From Bdellovibrionota bacterium (GTDB taxonomy: Bacteria; Bdellovibrionota_C; UBA2361; JAAYZI01), in contig JBMNIF010000003.1 in assembly GCA_050950765.1 (NCBI GenBank), positions 224,001 through 288,000 on the forward strand: DNA of 64,000 nt. Direction: 5' to 3'. Shown one piece after another: positions 49,932 through 58,840 of the stretch. The notes beneath the pieces are model-generated. The model did not search any database and was not told the origin of the DNA. It saw only the letters and a list, made by a program, of their open reading frames with translations. A program made the position numbers and the translations under genes. Position 1 is the first letter of the stretch. The number at the start of each line of letters is the position of its first letter.

Positions 49932-50168
49932 CTATTCAGCAGCTTGCTCTTTAACTTCTTTGTTAACTTCTTTGACAAATTTCTTTTTAAGCTTTGAGAG
50001 CTTTTTCTCTTCAAAGAGAACGTGCTTCTGCGCAATAGGATCATACTTACGTACAGACAACTTAGAAGCAGCCCCTTTACTACGTTTTTTATTACGTCTA
50101 ACTGTATAAAAGAACCCAGTTCCTGCTGAAGAAACCAAATGAACACCTTCTTTCGCGACCTTTGCCAT
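49932..50168 (-). CDS. rpmG: 50S ribosomal protein L33 (Zn-free type) with C-terminal extension
   Basis: MAK...LVSSAGTGFFYT...KLSVRKYDPIAQKHVLFEEKK; ATG at 50168. Confidence 0.93.
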   Translation of the reverse strand: MAKVAKEGVHLVSSAGTGFFYTVRRNKKRSKGAASKLSVRKYDPIAQKHVLFEEKKLSKLKKKFVKEVNKEVKEQAAE

Positions 50169-50365
50169 GATTAACTGCCCTAATTGCAATAACACGCCGT
50201 AAAACGGGAAACTAAGCACTTCACTTAGTACCTCATGCGGCGTAAATACCATATCTTACAATAATACATTAAGATCCGACTCGGGATCTAATGAAAACTC
50301 AATAAAAAATATATATAAACGCTAAAAGCCAAACTCCGCCATACTCGGAGCTGCCCCGCAGGGGG

Positions 50366-50394
50366 AATATGCAATAAAACGTTCCAAATTTCAA
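50366..50394 (-). promoter_or_regulatory. sigma70-type promoter of rpmG with GC-rich discriminator
   Basis: TTGAAA (50394-50389)-N17-CATATT (50371-50366), then CCCCCTG. Confidence 0.55.
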
Positions 50395-50586
50395 GGCGTT
50401 CGTTCGGCGTTACAAATTTTCAGCGCCATTTATTTTTGAGGCAACACGGAGGTACCTTTAATTCCTTGAAAACAACGCACTTTCAAAAAAGTGTTAGGCG
50501 AGTACCCATACATTGCTCCGTATTATCTTGATGCGCCAACAGTTCTGATATACTATAACGAGAATTACCATAATCGGAGTTAACGA

Positions 50587-51846
50587 ATGAATATTATTGA
50601 TGAATTAGAATGGCGTGGATTGATACAAGATATCTCTGACAGGGATGGCATAAGACAACTTCCTGAACAGACCGTATTTTATGTTGGCTTTGATCCGACT
50701 GCACCAAGTCTTCAGTTGGGGAATTTAGTTCCGATCATGGTAGCCACACGTCTTGGACGTGCCGGTTTTAAGCCGATGATCCTCTTTGGAGGTGCTACGG
50801 GAGCGATCGGAGATCCCTCAGGAAAATCAAAAGAGCGCCCCCTACTTTCACGGGAAACCATTGATAAAAACATTGCAGCTCAAAAAAAGAAAGTTGTTGA
50901 GATCTTTTCACGGGTTGGGCTTGAAGCGGAATTTATCAACAACTTTGAGTGGACGCGAGATATGCCGATCATCGATTTTTTACGAGATGTCGGTAAATAC
51001 TTCACTATTAATTATATGCTGGCGAAAGATGTCATTAAAAGCCGCTTATCTGGAGAAGGTTTATCATATACAGAGTTTAGCTACGTCCTATTACAAGCTT
51101 TTGACTTCTTTCATCTCTATCAAACAAAGAACTGTCGTTTACAGATTGGCGGTTCCGAGCAGTGGGGAAATATCACGGCGGGACTTGAGTTGATCAGAAA
51201 GCGTGTTCAAGGTGATGCTTATGGCTTTTGCTTTCCGCTAATTACAGATAGTCAAGGACAAAAGTTCGGCAAATCTGCTGGTAATGCGCTTTGGTTAGAT
51301 GGCGAGATGACCAGCCCTTTTAAATTGCATCAATTTTTACTTAACGTCACAGATGAAGATGTTGAAAGGTTATTAAAGATCTTCACCTTCCTTTCTAAAG
51401 AAGAGATTGAGAAGCTCTGTGCTGAACACCGTACGACACCAGAAAAGCGCTTAGCACAACACGTTTTAGCGGATCATGTTTGTGAATTCATTCATGGTAA
51501 AGATGCAGTTAACGATGCAAACCGTGGTGCAGAAGTGCTCTTCGGCGGTTCATTAGATGGGCTAACCGATCAGGTTTTGGCTGATATTTTTCAGGACATC
51601 CCATCAACAACTTGCAGCAGCTCTGAGATAGCAGGGATGTCTGTTATAGATCTCTTTGTACGGACGGGGCTAGCAACTTCAAAAGGGGAAGCCCGTCGAT
51701 TAATAGCAAATGGTGGTGCTTACGTTCATGGCGAACGAATTTCGGATCCTACTATGTTGATTAGAAGTACGACTAGAGGTGTTGCAAAATTTATAGTCTT
51801 AAGATCAGGTAAAAAGAATTACCACACTGTCAAAGTTCAGGACTAA
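50587..51846 (+). CDS. tyrS: Tyrosine--tRNA ligase
   Basis: ELEWRGL, YVGFDPTAPSLQLGN, IGDPSGK, YTEFSY.LLQAFDF, QIGGSEQWGNI, KFGKS, C-terminal S4 domain. Confidence 0.97.
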   Translation: MNIIDELEWRGLIQDISDRDGIRQLPEQTVFYVGFDPTAPSLQLGNLVPIMVATRLGRAGFKPMILFGGATGAIGDPSGKSKERPLLSRETIDKNIAAQKKKVVEIFSRVGLEAEFINNFEWTRDMPIIDFLRDVGKYFTINYMLAKDVIKSRLSGEGLSYTEFSYVLLQAFDFFHLYQTKNCRLQIGGSEQWGNITAGLELIRKRVQGDAYGFCFPLITDSQGQKFGKSAGNALWLDGEMTSPFKLHQFLLNVTDEDVERLLKIFTFLSKEEIEKLCAEHRTTPEKRLAQHVLADHVCEFIHGKDAVNDANRGAEVLFGGSLDGLTDQVLADIFQDIPSTTCSSSEIAGMSVIDLFVRTGLATSKGEARRLIANGGAYVHGERISDPTMLIRSTTRGVAKFIVLRSGKKNYHTVKVQD

Positions 51847-51926
51847 CGAGTTGTCTCCTGTCGTTTTAGTTATCAACGGGGGGATAACATCAAACATGAG
51901 AGGGCGTAAGTTTTTCCCTTTTTACT

Positions 51927-52391
51927 GTGAGATTGTCTAAAATGGCGTTTAAGTTGCACGATGAAGTTTATGTTGTTCCGGCAAAAAAGATCGGAGTAAT
52001 TATTCAAGATCTACACAACGGGAAATTCTTAGTGGCGATCAATGCTCTTAAGATTCAGTGTTTAGAGGAGCAACTATTACCGCCTGACGAATACAGAAAT
52101 AAACGTCCTGCCATTCAAAAACCAGAAAAAACTGTGGTAAAGGTTGTAAAACGGAGCTTTGTTCCGAAAAAATTAGATCTGCACGGTCTTTTTGTAGAAG
52201 ACGCTCTAAAAAAACTTGAAGAGTGTTTAAATGATTGTGTTCTTTCGGGTGTTCACGAATTAGAGATCATTCACGGAATCGGCACCGGTAAGGTTAAGAG
52301 TGCCGTACTTAAATACTTGCGAACCTCTCCCCTTATCCGTAACTTTAAAGAGGTCGAAGGCAACCCAGGGACAACCCGTGCTTTTTTTTAA
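51927..52391 (+). CDS. Smr/MutS2 C-terminal domain protein (KOW-like + Smr)
   Basis: LDLHGLFVEDAL, IIHGIGTGKVK, GNPGTT. Confidence 0.9.
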   Translation: MRLSKMAFKLHDEVYVVPAKKIGVIIQDLHNGKFLVAINALKIQCLEEQLLPPDEYRNKRPAIQKPEKTVVKVVKRSFVPKKLDLHGLFVEDALKKLEECLNDCVLSGVHELEIIHGIGTGKVKSAVLKYLRTSPLIRNFKEVEGNPGTTRAFF

Positions 52392-52396
52392 TAGTG

Positions 52397-52624
52397 CCAC
52401 CCACTAGGGACGGTTGAACGGGCTGCAACTGAAGACAGGACTAGCTAGATCTGGACGGGGGGAATTTACCACCACCCGCTAGGGACGTTCGAACGGGCTG
52501 CAACTGAAGACAAAACTAGCTAGATCTGGACGGGGGGAATTTACCACCACCCGCTAGGGACGTTCGAACAGGCTGCAATGGCAGAACAGATCAGCTAGAT
52601 CTAGACGGGGGTCAAAAGTGGGTG
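52397..52624. repeat. Three tandem ~75-bp GC-rich non-coding units bounded by an 8-bp inverted repeat
   Basis: Units start at 52397, 52472, 52547 (CCACCCRCTAGGGACG...GGCTGCAA...AGCTAGATCTRGACGGGGG); CACCCACT at the left end, AGTGGGTG at the right end. Confidence 0.93.
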
Positions 52625-52655
52625 TCCTTTTTATGTTTTTAAGATCGGCAACAGG

Positions 52656-53024
52656 TTATAGGGAGCCGCTTACGCAAAATCTAATATCGGTTATCTTTTT
52701 TCCGTAATCATTAAATCGCTCCAAACGATTAAGGATAACCTGTTTTTGGAAGCTTAGTTCCTGTGCCCACGCTGAATTACAAACTCGAATAACTAAGGTC
52801 GAACCACGCAAGCACTCCGGCTTGGCACGTTTAGAGATCTCTTCACCGACGATCTCAGGCCACCTGACTACAAACTGATACCGCATAAAACCGTCTACAA
52901 GATTAAATTCCTGTAACGTACTGTGCAACGCACTATTGATTGAAATAAGGCGTTTATTGCTCCTTCTGGATTTATAGCCCTTTTTATCTTCAGAATCACT
53001 CACCACGATCTTCTTTCTTCTCAA
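52656..53024 (-). CDS. dciA: DciA/DUF721 family protein (replicative helicase loader)
   Basis: WPEIVGEEISKRAKP...LVIRVCNSAWAQELSF.K..IL..L...ITDIRF; true start may be the GTG near 53003. Confidence 0.85.
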   Translation of the reverse strand: MRRKKIVVSDSEDKKGYKSRRSNKRLISINSALHSTLQEFNLVDGFMRYQFVVRWPEIVGEEISKRAKPECLRGSTLVIRVCNSAWAQELSFQKQVILNRLERFNDYGKKITDIRFCVSGSL

Positions 53025-53286
53025 AAATAACTATGAACTCATCAGGTCTCGCCATACCTAGCTCATTTCTAGCAGCTTTTTCTAAAACCCGCCTATCTTC
53101 CTGCAACCCAGAAACCTTCCGTTTAAGGAGATTAACTTTATCAAGCAACTTGGCGTTCTCTTTTCTTTGCCACTCAAGACTGTGACGGAACTCTTCGACT
53201 TGGGAATAGCTATCTTTCCCACAAAATGAAAGAACCAAGATACAACATGTTAAAGCAAAAAAAATAGCAGAACCGTAGTATTTCAT
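52996..53286 (-). CDS. ftsB: Septum formation initiator FtsB/DivIC family
   Basis: TM, coiled coil, LEKAARNELGMARPDEFIV; ATG at 53286. Confidence 0.85.
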   Translation of the reverse strand: MKYYGSAIFFALTCCILVLSFCGKDSYSQVEEFRHSLEWQRKENAKLLDKVNLLKRKVSGLQEDRRVLEKAARNELGMARPDEFIVIFEKKEDRGE

Positions 53287-53564
53287 TAATCCTCTAAGAA
53301 CCAGCAGCAAGCAACAATGATATAGTGTATTATAGCAACGCTTTTCTGACAATTACATTTTACCTAATATTGAAAGAAAAATAAGAGATATACCTCTTAA
53401 ATTGTCTGACTTAAAAGTTTTCGACTTTAATTTTACCTCATTTCATTACTTACTTTTAATAACAGAACTCTAACGAGAAAAATATTTTAAACGGCGACAT
53501 CTAGACGAAGCCCCCTTTATCACGCTAATAATAAAGCTCAACTAAATCTAAAGAGGCTGCGATT

Positions 53565-55133
53565 ATGACAGATCAAATTCGTGCTTATATTTATGCCGTC
53601 CTTAGCGCCGTCTGTTTCGGTATAGGTTGGTGGTTTCCATCCACTACCCTTTGCACCATCTTTGGTTGGGCTGCACCCTTTTTCTTCATACTACTACTAT
53701 CTCATAACGATTCTCATAACGGCAAAAGTGCTATTTATCTTCCTGCCTATTGCAGCGGAATCCTTGCTAATCTTATAGGGTTTTATTGGCTGGTCGGCAC
53801 CATTAGAGACTTCGGGCAATATCCAACCCTCGCTGCCGTTTCTATTTTTTTATTGTATGCGCTGACAGCAGCTTTCCAATACCTGATCGTAATTTTTATT
53901 TATAAAAACACCCCTTCTATACTGGATAAACTTGCCCTACGTGGCACATTAGCTTGGGTAGTTACAGAGTTTATCTCCATAAGGATATTCCCTTGGTATT
54001 TAGGGCATATGCAGCTTGCCTTCAAGCCGTTAGCGCAGGTGGCAGAGCTAGGTGGTGCCATCCTCATCTCTTTCATCGTTTTCTGGTGTTGTGAAGCAGC
54101 CGTTAAGACCTCCTATAAAAGATCTTACACCCTACTACTTCCTCCTTTAACGTTAATTGCAGCGTGTATTTACGGTGAAAGCAGAATCGCCAAATTTTCA
54201 GAATATAACACACCGCAGCAAGAGGTAGCTGTTATACAAGCGAACATTACAGTAGAAGAAAAACATAACATTAGAGCTTTTGCGGAGAACACTAATATTT
54301 ATGTAGATCTGACCAAACAAGCAACAGAAGAAAAGGGGAAAGGGAATATTCTTGTCATTTGGCCTGAAACAGTGATTATGAATTTCATCTATAACCACTT
54401 AGATAATGCAAAAAAAGACATCCGCCTCCCCTACTACGAAGATGGCAACGCTATGCTTACTGGGTCACTAACCTTCGATCGAACCCCAAACGGCACAGTA
54501 CAACGTTTTAATAGCGCGTTGGCGATCTATCCTGACGGAACTATTCCACTACCGTACAATAAAAGAATTTTAATGCCTTTCGGTGAGTACATTCCATTTC
54601 TAAAAACGTTTCCTCAACTTGCTCAATTTAATCCAATGGCTGCCAACGCTTTTGATGCAGGCACAACTCCCAAAGTTTTTAACTATCCGATGGTTGATAA
54701 CAACGGGGATCCATATTCACTCAAAGTCACTCCGTTAATATGTTATGAAGAGATCTTGCCGTCCTTATCACGGGAATCAGTTCTAGCAGGAGCGGAGCTA
54801 CTAGTGACTCTTTCTAATGATGCTTGGTTTGGGAAAACATTAGCTCCCTTTCAACACCACCTGATAGCCTCTTTTAGAGCAATAGAAAATCGCAGATATC
54901 AGATACGATCTACTAATAGCGGACTTACTGCGGTAATTAATCCATTAGGTGAAACAATAGAAAAGCTTCCTATTTTTTCAAACGGCATTATTCGAACTAC
55001 CATTACCCCCCTTACAGAGATAACCGTTTATACTAAGTTAGGAGACACTCCCTACCTGATCTTGACACTATTACTCTTAAGTACCGTAGTGTGCTCTTTA
55101 TTTCGAAAACTAAGATCTCATCTTGTGCGATAG
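53565..55133 (+). CDS. lnt: Apolipoprotein N-acyltransferase
   Basis: FYWL, FPWYLG, IQANI, WPET, YNKRILMPFGEYIP, ICYEE, SNDAWFG, RAIENRR..RSTNSGLT. Confidence 0.96.
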   Translation: MTDQIRAYIYAVLSAVCFGIGWWFPSTTLCTIFGWAAPFFFILLLSHNDSHNGKSAIYLPAYCSGILANLIGFYWLVGTIRDFGQYPTLAAVSIFLLYALTAAFQYLIVIFIYKNTPSILDKLALRGTLAWVVTEFISIRIFPWYLGHMQLAFKPLAQVAELGGAILISFIVFWCCEAAVKTSYKRSYTLLLPPLTLIAACIYGESRIAKFSEYNTPQQEVAVIQANITVEEKHNIRAFAENTNIYVDLTKQATEEKGKGNILVIWPETVIMNFIYNHLDNAKKDIRLPYYEDGNAMLTGSLTFDRTPNGTVQRFNSALAIYPDGTIPLPYNKRILMPFGEYIPFLKTFPQLAQFNPMAANAFDAGTTPKVFNYPMVDNNGDPYSLKVTPLICYEEILPSLSRESVLAGAELLVTLSNDAWFGKTLAPFQHHLIASFRAIENRRYQIRSTNSGLTAVINPLGETIEKLPIFSNGIIRTTITPLTEITVYTKLGDTPYLILTLLLLSTVVCSLFRKLRSHLVR

Positions 55134-55258
55134 CGCTTTACTGCTGTACTCTTTTTGATGAAAAAGGGATTATTAAATCAAGGGCTGTATTTTTATTTAT
55201 TCCTTAATTTATACTTAGATTATCTCTTTTGGATTTTGGATAAAATTTTGGTAACGCG

Positions 55259-55963
55259 ATGAATACTATCAGCAAATTAAATATAGTTACACTCTGTTTT
55301 ACACTAATCGGAGCGTCCGCTTGCACTACCCCTCAAGCAGGACCGGATAAAACCGTAGGTGGCGCTGTGCTTGGCGCAGCATGGGGAGCAGGGAGTGGCG
55401 CTGTCGTCGGCAATCAGATCTCTGAGTATGCTCGTCCAGGAGAAGGCGCTGCCATCGGCGCAGGTTTTGGAATCGTAACAGGAGCTGCCGCAGGTTTAGG
55501 ATATGATCAAGTAGAAGACACTCAAATTGAACATGAGCAACAGCTAGCCGCCGTCAAGATCCAAAACATTACCAATCGACAAGAGATCGCTGATATTCAG
55601 AGGAGATTAGACATAGCGGCAAACAAAAAAACTTCTCTCGGTGTCTATCAAGTATTTTTTGATGAAGATGAAACTTCTATAAAATCTGGATCCGTAGCCA
55701 ATCTTGAGATTCTAGCGGAAGCGATTAAAGCTTCTCCTACCATGCGTGTAGTTAATGTTGTAGGGCATTCGGATGATTCTGGAGATATGGAGTATAATAA
55801 AAAAATAGCGGAAGCCAGAGCTAGATCTGTTAGCGCTTACTTAACCGCCCGTGGAGTTAGCGCCGATCAGATCCGTATTAAAAATTACGGCTCAGAACGT
55901 CCGTTAGCCTCCAACGCCACACCGGCAGGTCGCCAACTAAACCGTCGCGTTGATGTATACTAA
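55259..55963 (+). CDS. OmpA-family lipoprotein with glycine zipper
   Basis: ASAC lipobox, Gly-zipper, VFFDED, VGHSD..G..EYN, RARSV..YL, GSERPLASN..GRQLNRRV. Confidence 0.9.
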   Translation: MNTISKLNIVTLCFTLIGASACTTPQAGPDKTVGGAVLGAAWGAGSGAVVGNQISEYARPGEGAAIGAGFGIVTGAAAGLGYDQVEDTQIEHEQQLAAVKIQNITNRQEIADIQRRLDIAANKKTSLGVYQVFFDEDETSIKSGSVANLEILAEAIKASPTMRVVNVVGHSDDSGDMEYNKKIAEARARSVSAYLTARGVSADQIRIKNYGSERPLASNATPAGRQLNRRVDVY

Positions 55964-56114
55964 CTTTTAAAAAAGGCACTTAAGAGTAGAGAGAGCCAAT
56001 TAGACTAATCGATTTAACCCTCGCTTGATTACTTAAGAAATTTGATAAAACGAGCCTCTTATTTAAAATCAGAAGTTTAGTAAGACGTTATCAGCAGATC
56101 GGGAGGGTCTAACT

Positions 56115-58094
56115 TTGCAATATCGAAATATTTTGAACAATGCCACATATACTAAACTTATTTTGCTTATAGGTATTACTCTCTTACTGTTAACAGCAGA
56201 GCCTTTTTTATTTATTCAAGTTGCACCAGGATTAGATAACTCATGGCGATACGCCCTTAATTATGCAGTTTCCACTCTAAAGTTTGGATCTGACATTGCT
56301 TTTACATTTGGTCCACTTGGCTTTGTCTTAGAACCGCTTAATCTTAATCCAAGCATCACCACCATTCGTTTCCCTGTATATCTATCTTATATCACTCTTT
56401 TTGCATTCGCTCTATTTCGTGCCTATCGCTTAGGCGCTCGCTGGAGTCTTTTTGCCCCCACTTTTTTAATTTGGCTAGGGTTTTATGATAGTAGTTACTA
56501 CCTTGAATTTTTATTCCTACTCTTCATCACCCTCTGTCTCATTGAAAAGGGGAAGATTCGCGATTTTGAATATACGATCGCCTGCACAATTATGATTTTC
56601 TCCGGATTCGTAAAATTCAGTATGTTTGTACCTGAAACTTTCACACTACTAATTTTTCTTTTAATTATCTACTTTACAGAAAGAACCGAACTAAAGAAAT
56701 ATCTTCTTATAACTACTTTGACACCCCTTGTCTTTATTGCGTGTTATTTACTATACAATCCCTCCATTACCGACCTCGTTCAATATATTAAAGCAGCTAT
56801 TGAGATATCTGATGGATACAACACAGGGATGAGTCTTACAGCTTCGGGAGCGACTCTATTATTCCCGATAACAATGCTAACTCTCTATATCATTCTTCTA
56901 ATATCGGAATGGTTTATAGATAAAACACTCGCCTTTCAATCAATACTATTTATTCCTGCAACTTTTTTTGCATTTAAACACGGTTTTGTGCGTGCAGATA
57001 ATACACACCTAAGAAGATTTCTTGAGTATATGATAATATTTTCAAGCATCAAGCTTCTTTACGCCCCACTTATCCCTTCCATATCAAAAAATCACTCCAC
57101 CTCTAAAACACCCTCCCAAGCAAAATATAAATTATTTTCATATCTATCGATTCTGTTTTTCACTTTATGTTGCGCTTGCTACTGCACGAGACCACAACAC
57201 AGAGCATATCTGATTGATAGAATAAAGGAGATCAGGTTTGTACCAACTGCCACTCCACTCAAGCCCTTTGCAGAGAGTAGTATAGATACGTTGCCTGAAC
57301 CTTTTCTTAAAGAAATTGGGGATAATACAGTCGCAGTCTATCCTTGGGAGCAATTATTTGGCGCTTATAATGATATTAATTTAACCATAATGCCTGTAAT
57401 ACAAGCTTATAGCGCATACACACCGTACCTAGATAAACTTGACGCAGATTTCTTTACTAATGAAACAACTGCACCACAGTACATTATTTTTTCACTCAAT
57501 GCGATTGACGGAAGGATATCTTTAATGGAATGTCCTGCTACATGGTTAGCAATTTACAAAAATTATAACGCCATCATACTTGCTGAAAGGTACCTCCTTT
57601 TAAAACGAACAGAGGAATCATCAAAAGAATCTCCTGATAATACTATTATAGAGATACCGTTATATCAAAATGACGATAGACTAAATCAAATAGAAACACA
57701 TCAACACCTCTCCATTAAAGTACCACCTTATCCATCAGATAGAGAATTGTTATTTTTTGCAGATTTTAAGTTGACCACACTTGGAAAGGCTATGAAGTTC
57801 CTCTACAAGATTCCATCTGTAAATCTTACAATTTCATTTGATGATGGAACAGAACTTTCCGGCAGGGTTATTTTGGAAAACCTTCAATCAGGGCACCTTC
57901 TTTCTTCAAATTGCCAAGACAGCTCCAGATGCGCTGCTTATACCAACGGGAATAGCGGAAAGATTCCAATAAAAATGCGTTTTGAAGGTTCAGGACTGAA
58001 GTTTTACCGAAATATTTCATACTCTTTTGCATCAATGCCACGAAAGGTTGTAAACAAGGAAAACACTCTTCGATTATCTAAAATCGCAAACTAA
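56115..58094 (+). CDS. Hypothetical polytopic membrane protein (possible GT-C-type glycosyltransferase)
   Basis: GLDNSW..ALN...FGSDIAFTFGPLGF loop after the first TM, about 11 TMs, FKHGFVRADNTH, PVIQAYSAYTPYLD. Confidence 0.55.
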   Translation: MQYRNILNNATYTKLILLIGITLLLLTAEPFLFIQVAPGLDNSWRYALNYAVSTLKFGSDIAFTFGPLGFVLEPLNLNPSITTIRFPVYLSYITLFAFALFRAYRLGARWSLFAPTFLIWLGFYDSSYYLEFLFLLFITLCLIEKGKIRDFEYTIACTIMIFSGFVKFSMFVPETFTLLIFLLIIYFTERTELKKYLLITTLTPLVFIACYLLYNPSITDLVQYIKAAIEISDGYNTGMSLTASGATLLFPITMLTLYIILLISEWFIDKTLAFQSILFIPATFFAFKHGFVRADNTHLRRFLEYMIIFSSIKLLYAPLIPSISKNHSTSKTPSQAKYKLFSYLSILFFTLCCACYCTRPQHRAYLIDRIKEIRFVPTATPLKPFAESSIDTLPEPFLKEIGDNTVAVYPWEQLFGAYNDINLTIMPVIQAYSAYTPYLDKLDADFFTNETTAPQYIIFSLNAIDGRISLMECPATWLAIYKNYNAIILAERYLLLKRTEESSKESPDNTIIEIPLYQNDDRLNQIETHQHLSIKVPPYPSDRELLFFADFKLTTLGKAMKFLYKIPSVNLTISFDDGTELSGRVILENLQSGHLLSSNCQDSSRCAAYTNGNSGKIPIKMRFEGSGLKFYRNISYSFASMPRKVVNKENTLRLSKIAN

Positions 58095-58167
58095 GAACGG
58101 ACACAGTACGGCACTTTAGCATAAGAATAGTGATAAAAAACATACGGCAACTTGAATATGAAAATTT

Positions 58168-58608
58168 TTAAATATTTTTTGCCTTTAAGATATCGCGAAT
58201 TTCTGTCAGCAAAAGTTCTTCTTTAGTTGGCGCTTCTGTCACGGCAGGTGTACTATCAACTGCCAGATCTGTTTTTTCCGTAAGACGCAACTTGCGGAGA
58301 GCATTCATGCCTTTTATCACTGCAAAGATCGCTGCTGCTACAATCAGGAAATCAATGGTTGTCTGTATAAAGTTCCCATAATTGATAGAAACCGCAGGAG
58401 CTGTCTCTGTCGCTTCAAGCAAAACAATTTTTAGATCCTTAAAATCCACACCACCTATAAGAATGCCAAGTGGCGGGGTAATAACATCATTAACAAGGGA
58501 GGTAACAATTTTACCAAAGGCAGCACCGATAATAATACCGATAGCCATATCAACAACGTTCCCCTTCAATGCAAATTCTCGAAATTCTTTTAATATACTC
58601 ATTTTCAT
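58168..58608 (-). CDS. mscL: Large-conductance mechanosensitive channel
   Basis: [48 protein letters not shown]. Confidence 0.98.
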   Translation of the reverse strand: MKMSILKEFREFALKGNVVDMAIGIIIGAAFGKIVTSLVNDVITPPLGILIGGVDFKDLKIVLLEATETAPAVSINYGNFIQTTIDFLIVAAAIFAVIKGMNALRKLRLTEKTDLAVDSTPAVTEAPTKEELLLTEIRDILKAKNI

Positions 58609-58840
58609 CTGATACCTCTCTTAATAGGTATTTATTTTATAGAAACGCTTTAAAAGCACACCATAGCGCCACAGATACTACAATCTATCCTCTAACTTCA
58701 ATATTATAATTGATAGGCAACTTTTTATAACTGCCCTACTGCATAGATATATAAAAAAGGTGTTATTTTTGTCGCTCTTAAGGTAAAAGAGCATATGGCG
58801 GTTTTTAATTTTCATTTTCACTCTTAATGGAGGTGCTCTT

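Noticed and set aside
50169..50252. N-terminal extension of rpmG in the ORF track
   Set aside because: L33 homology begins at MAK (50168) with its own RBS; the upstream part is better explained as a structured leader.
50700..50725. TyrS HIGH motif reads QLGN
   Set aside because: All other TyrRS motifs are intact; treated as a tolerated variant, not a pseudoenzyme.
52397..52624. CRISPR array or hammerhead ribozyme reading of the 75-bp repeats
   Set aside because: Units 1 and 2 are nearly identical throughout (no unique spacers) and no cas genes are present; CTGAAGA occurs but without the GAAA core, and it is missing from unit 3.
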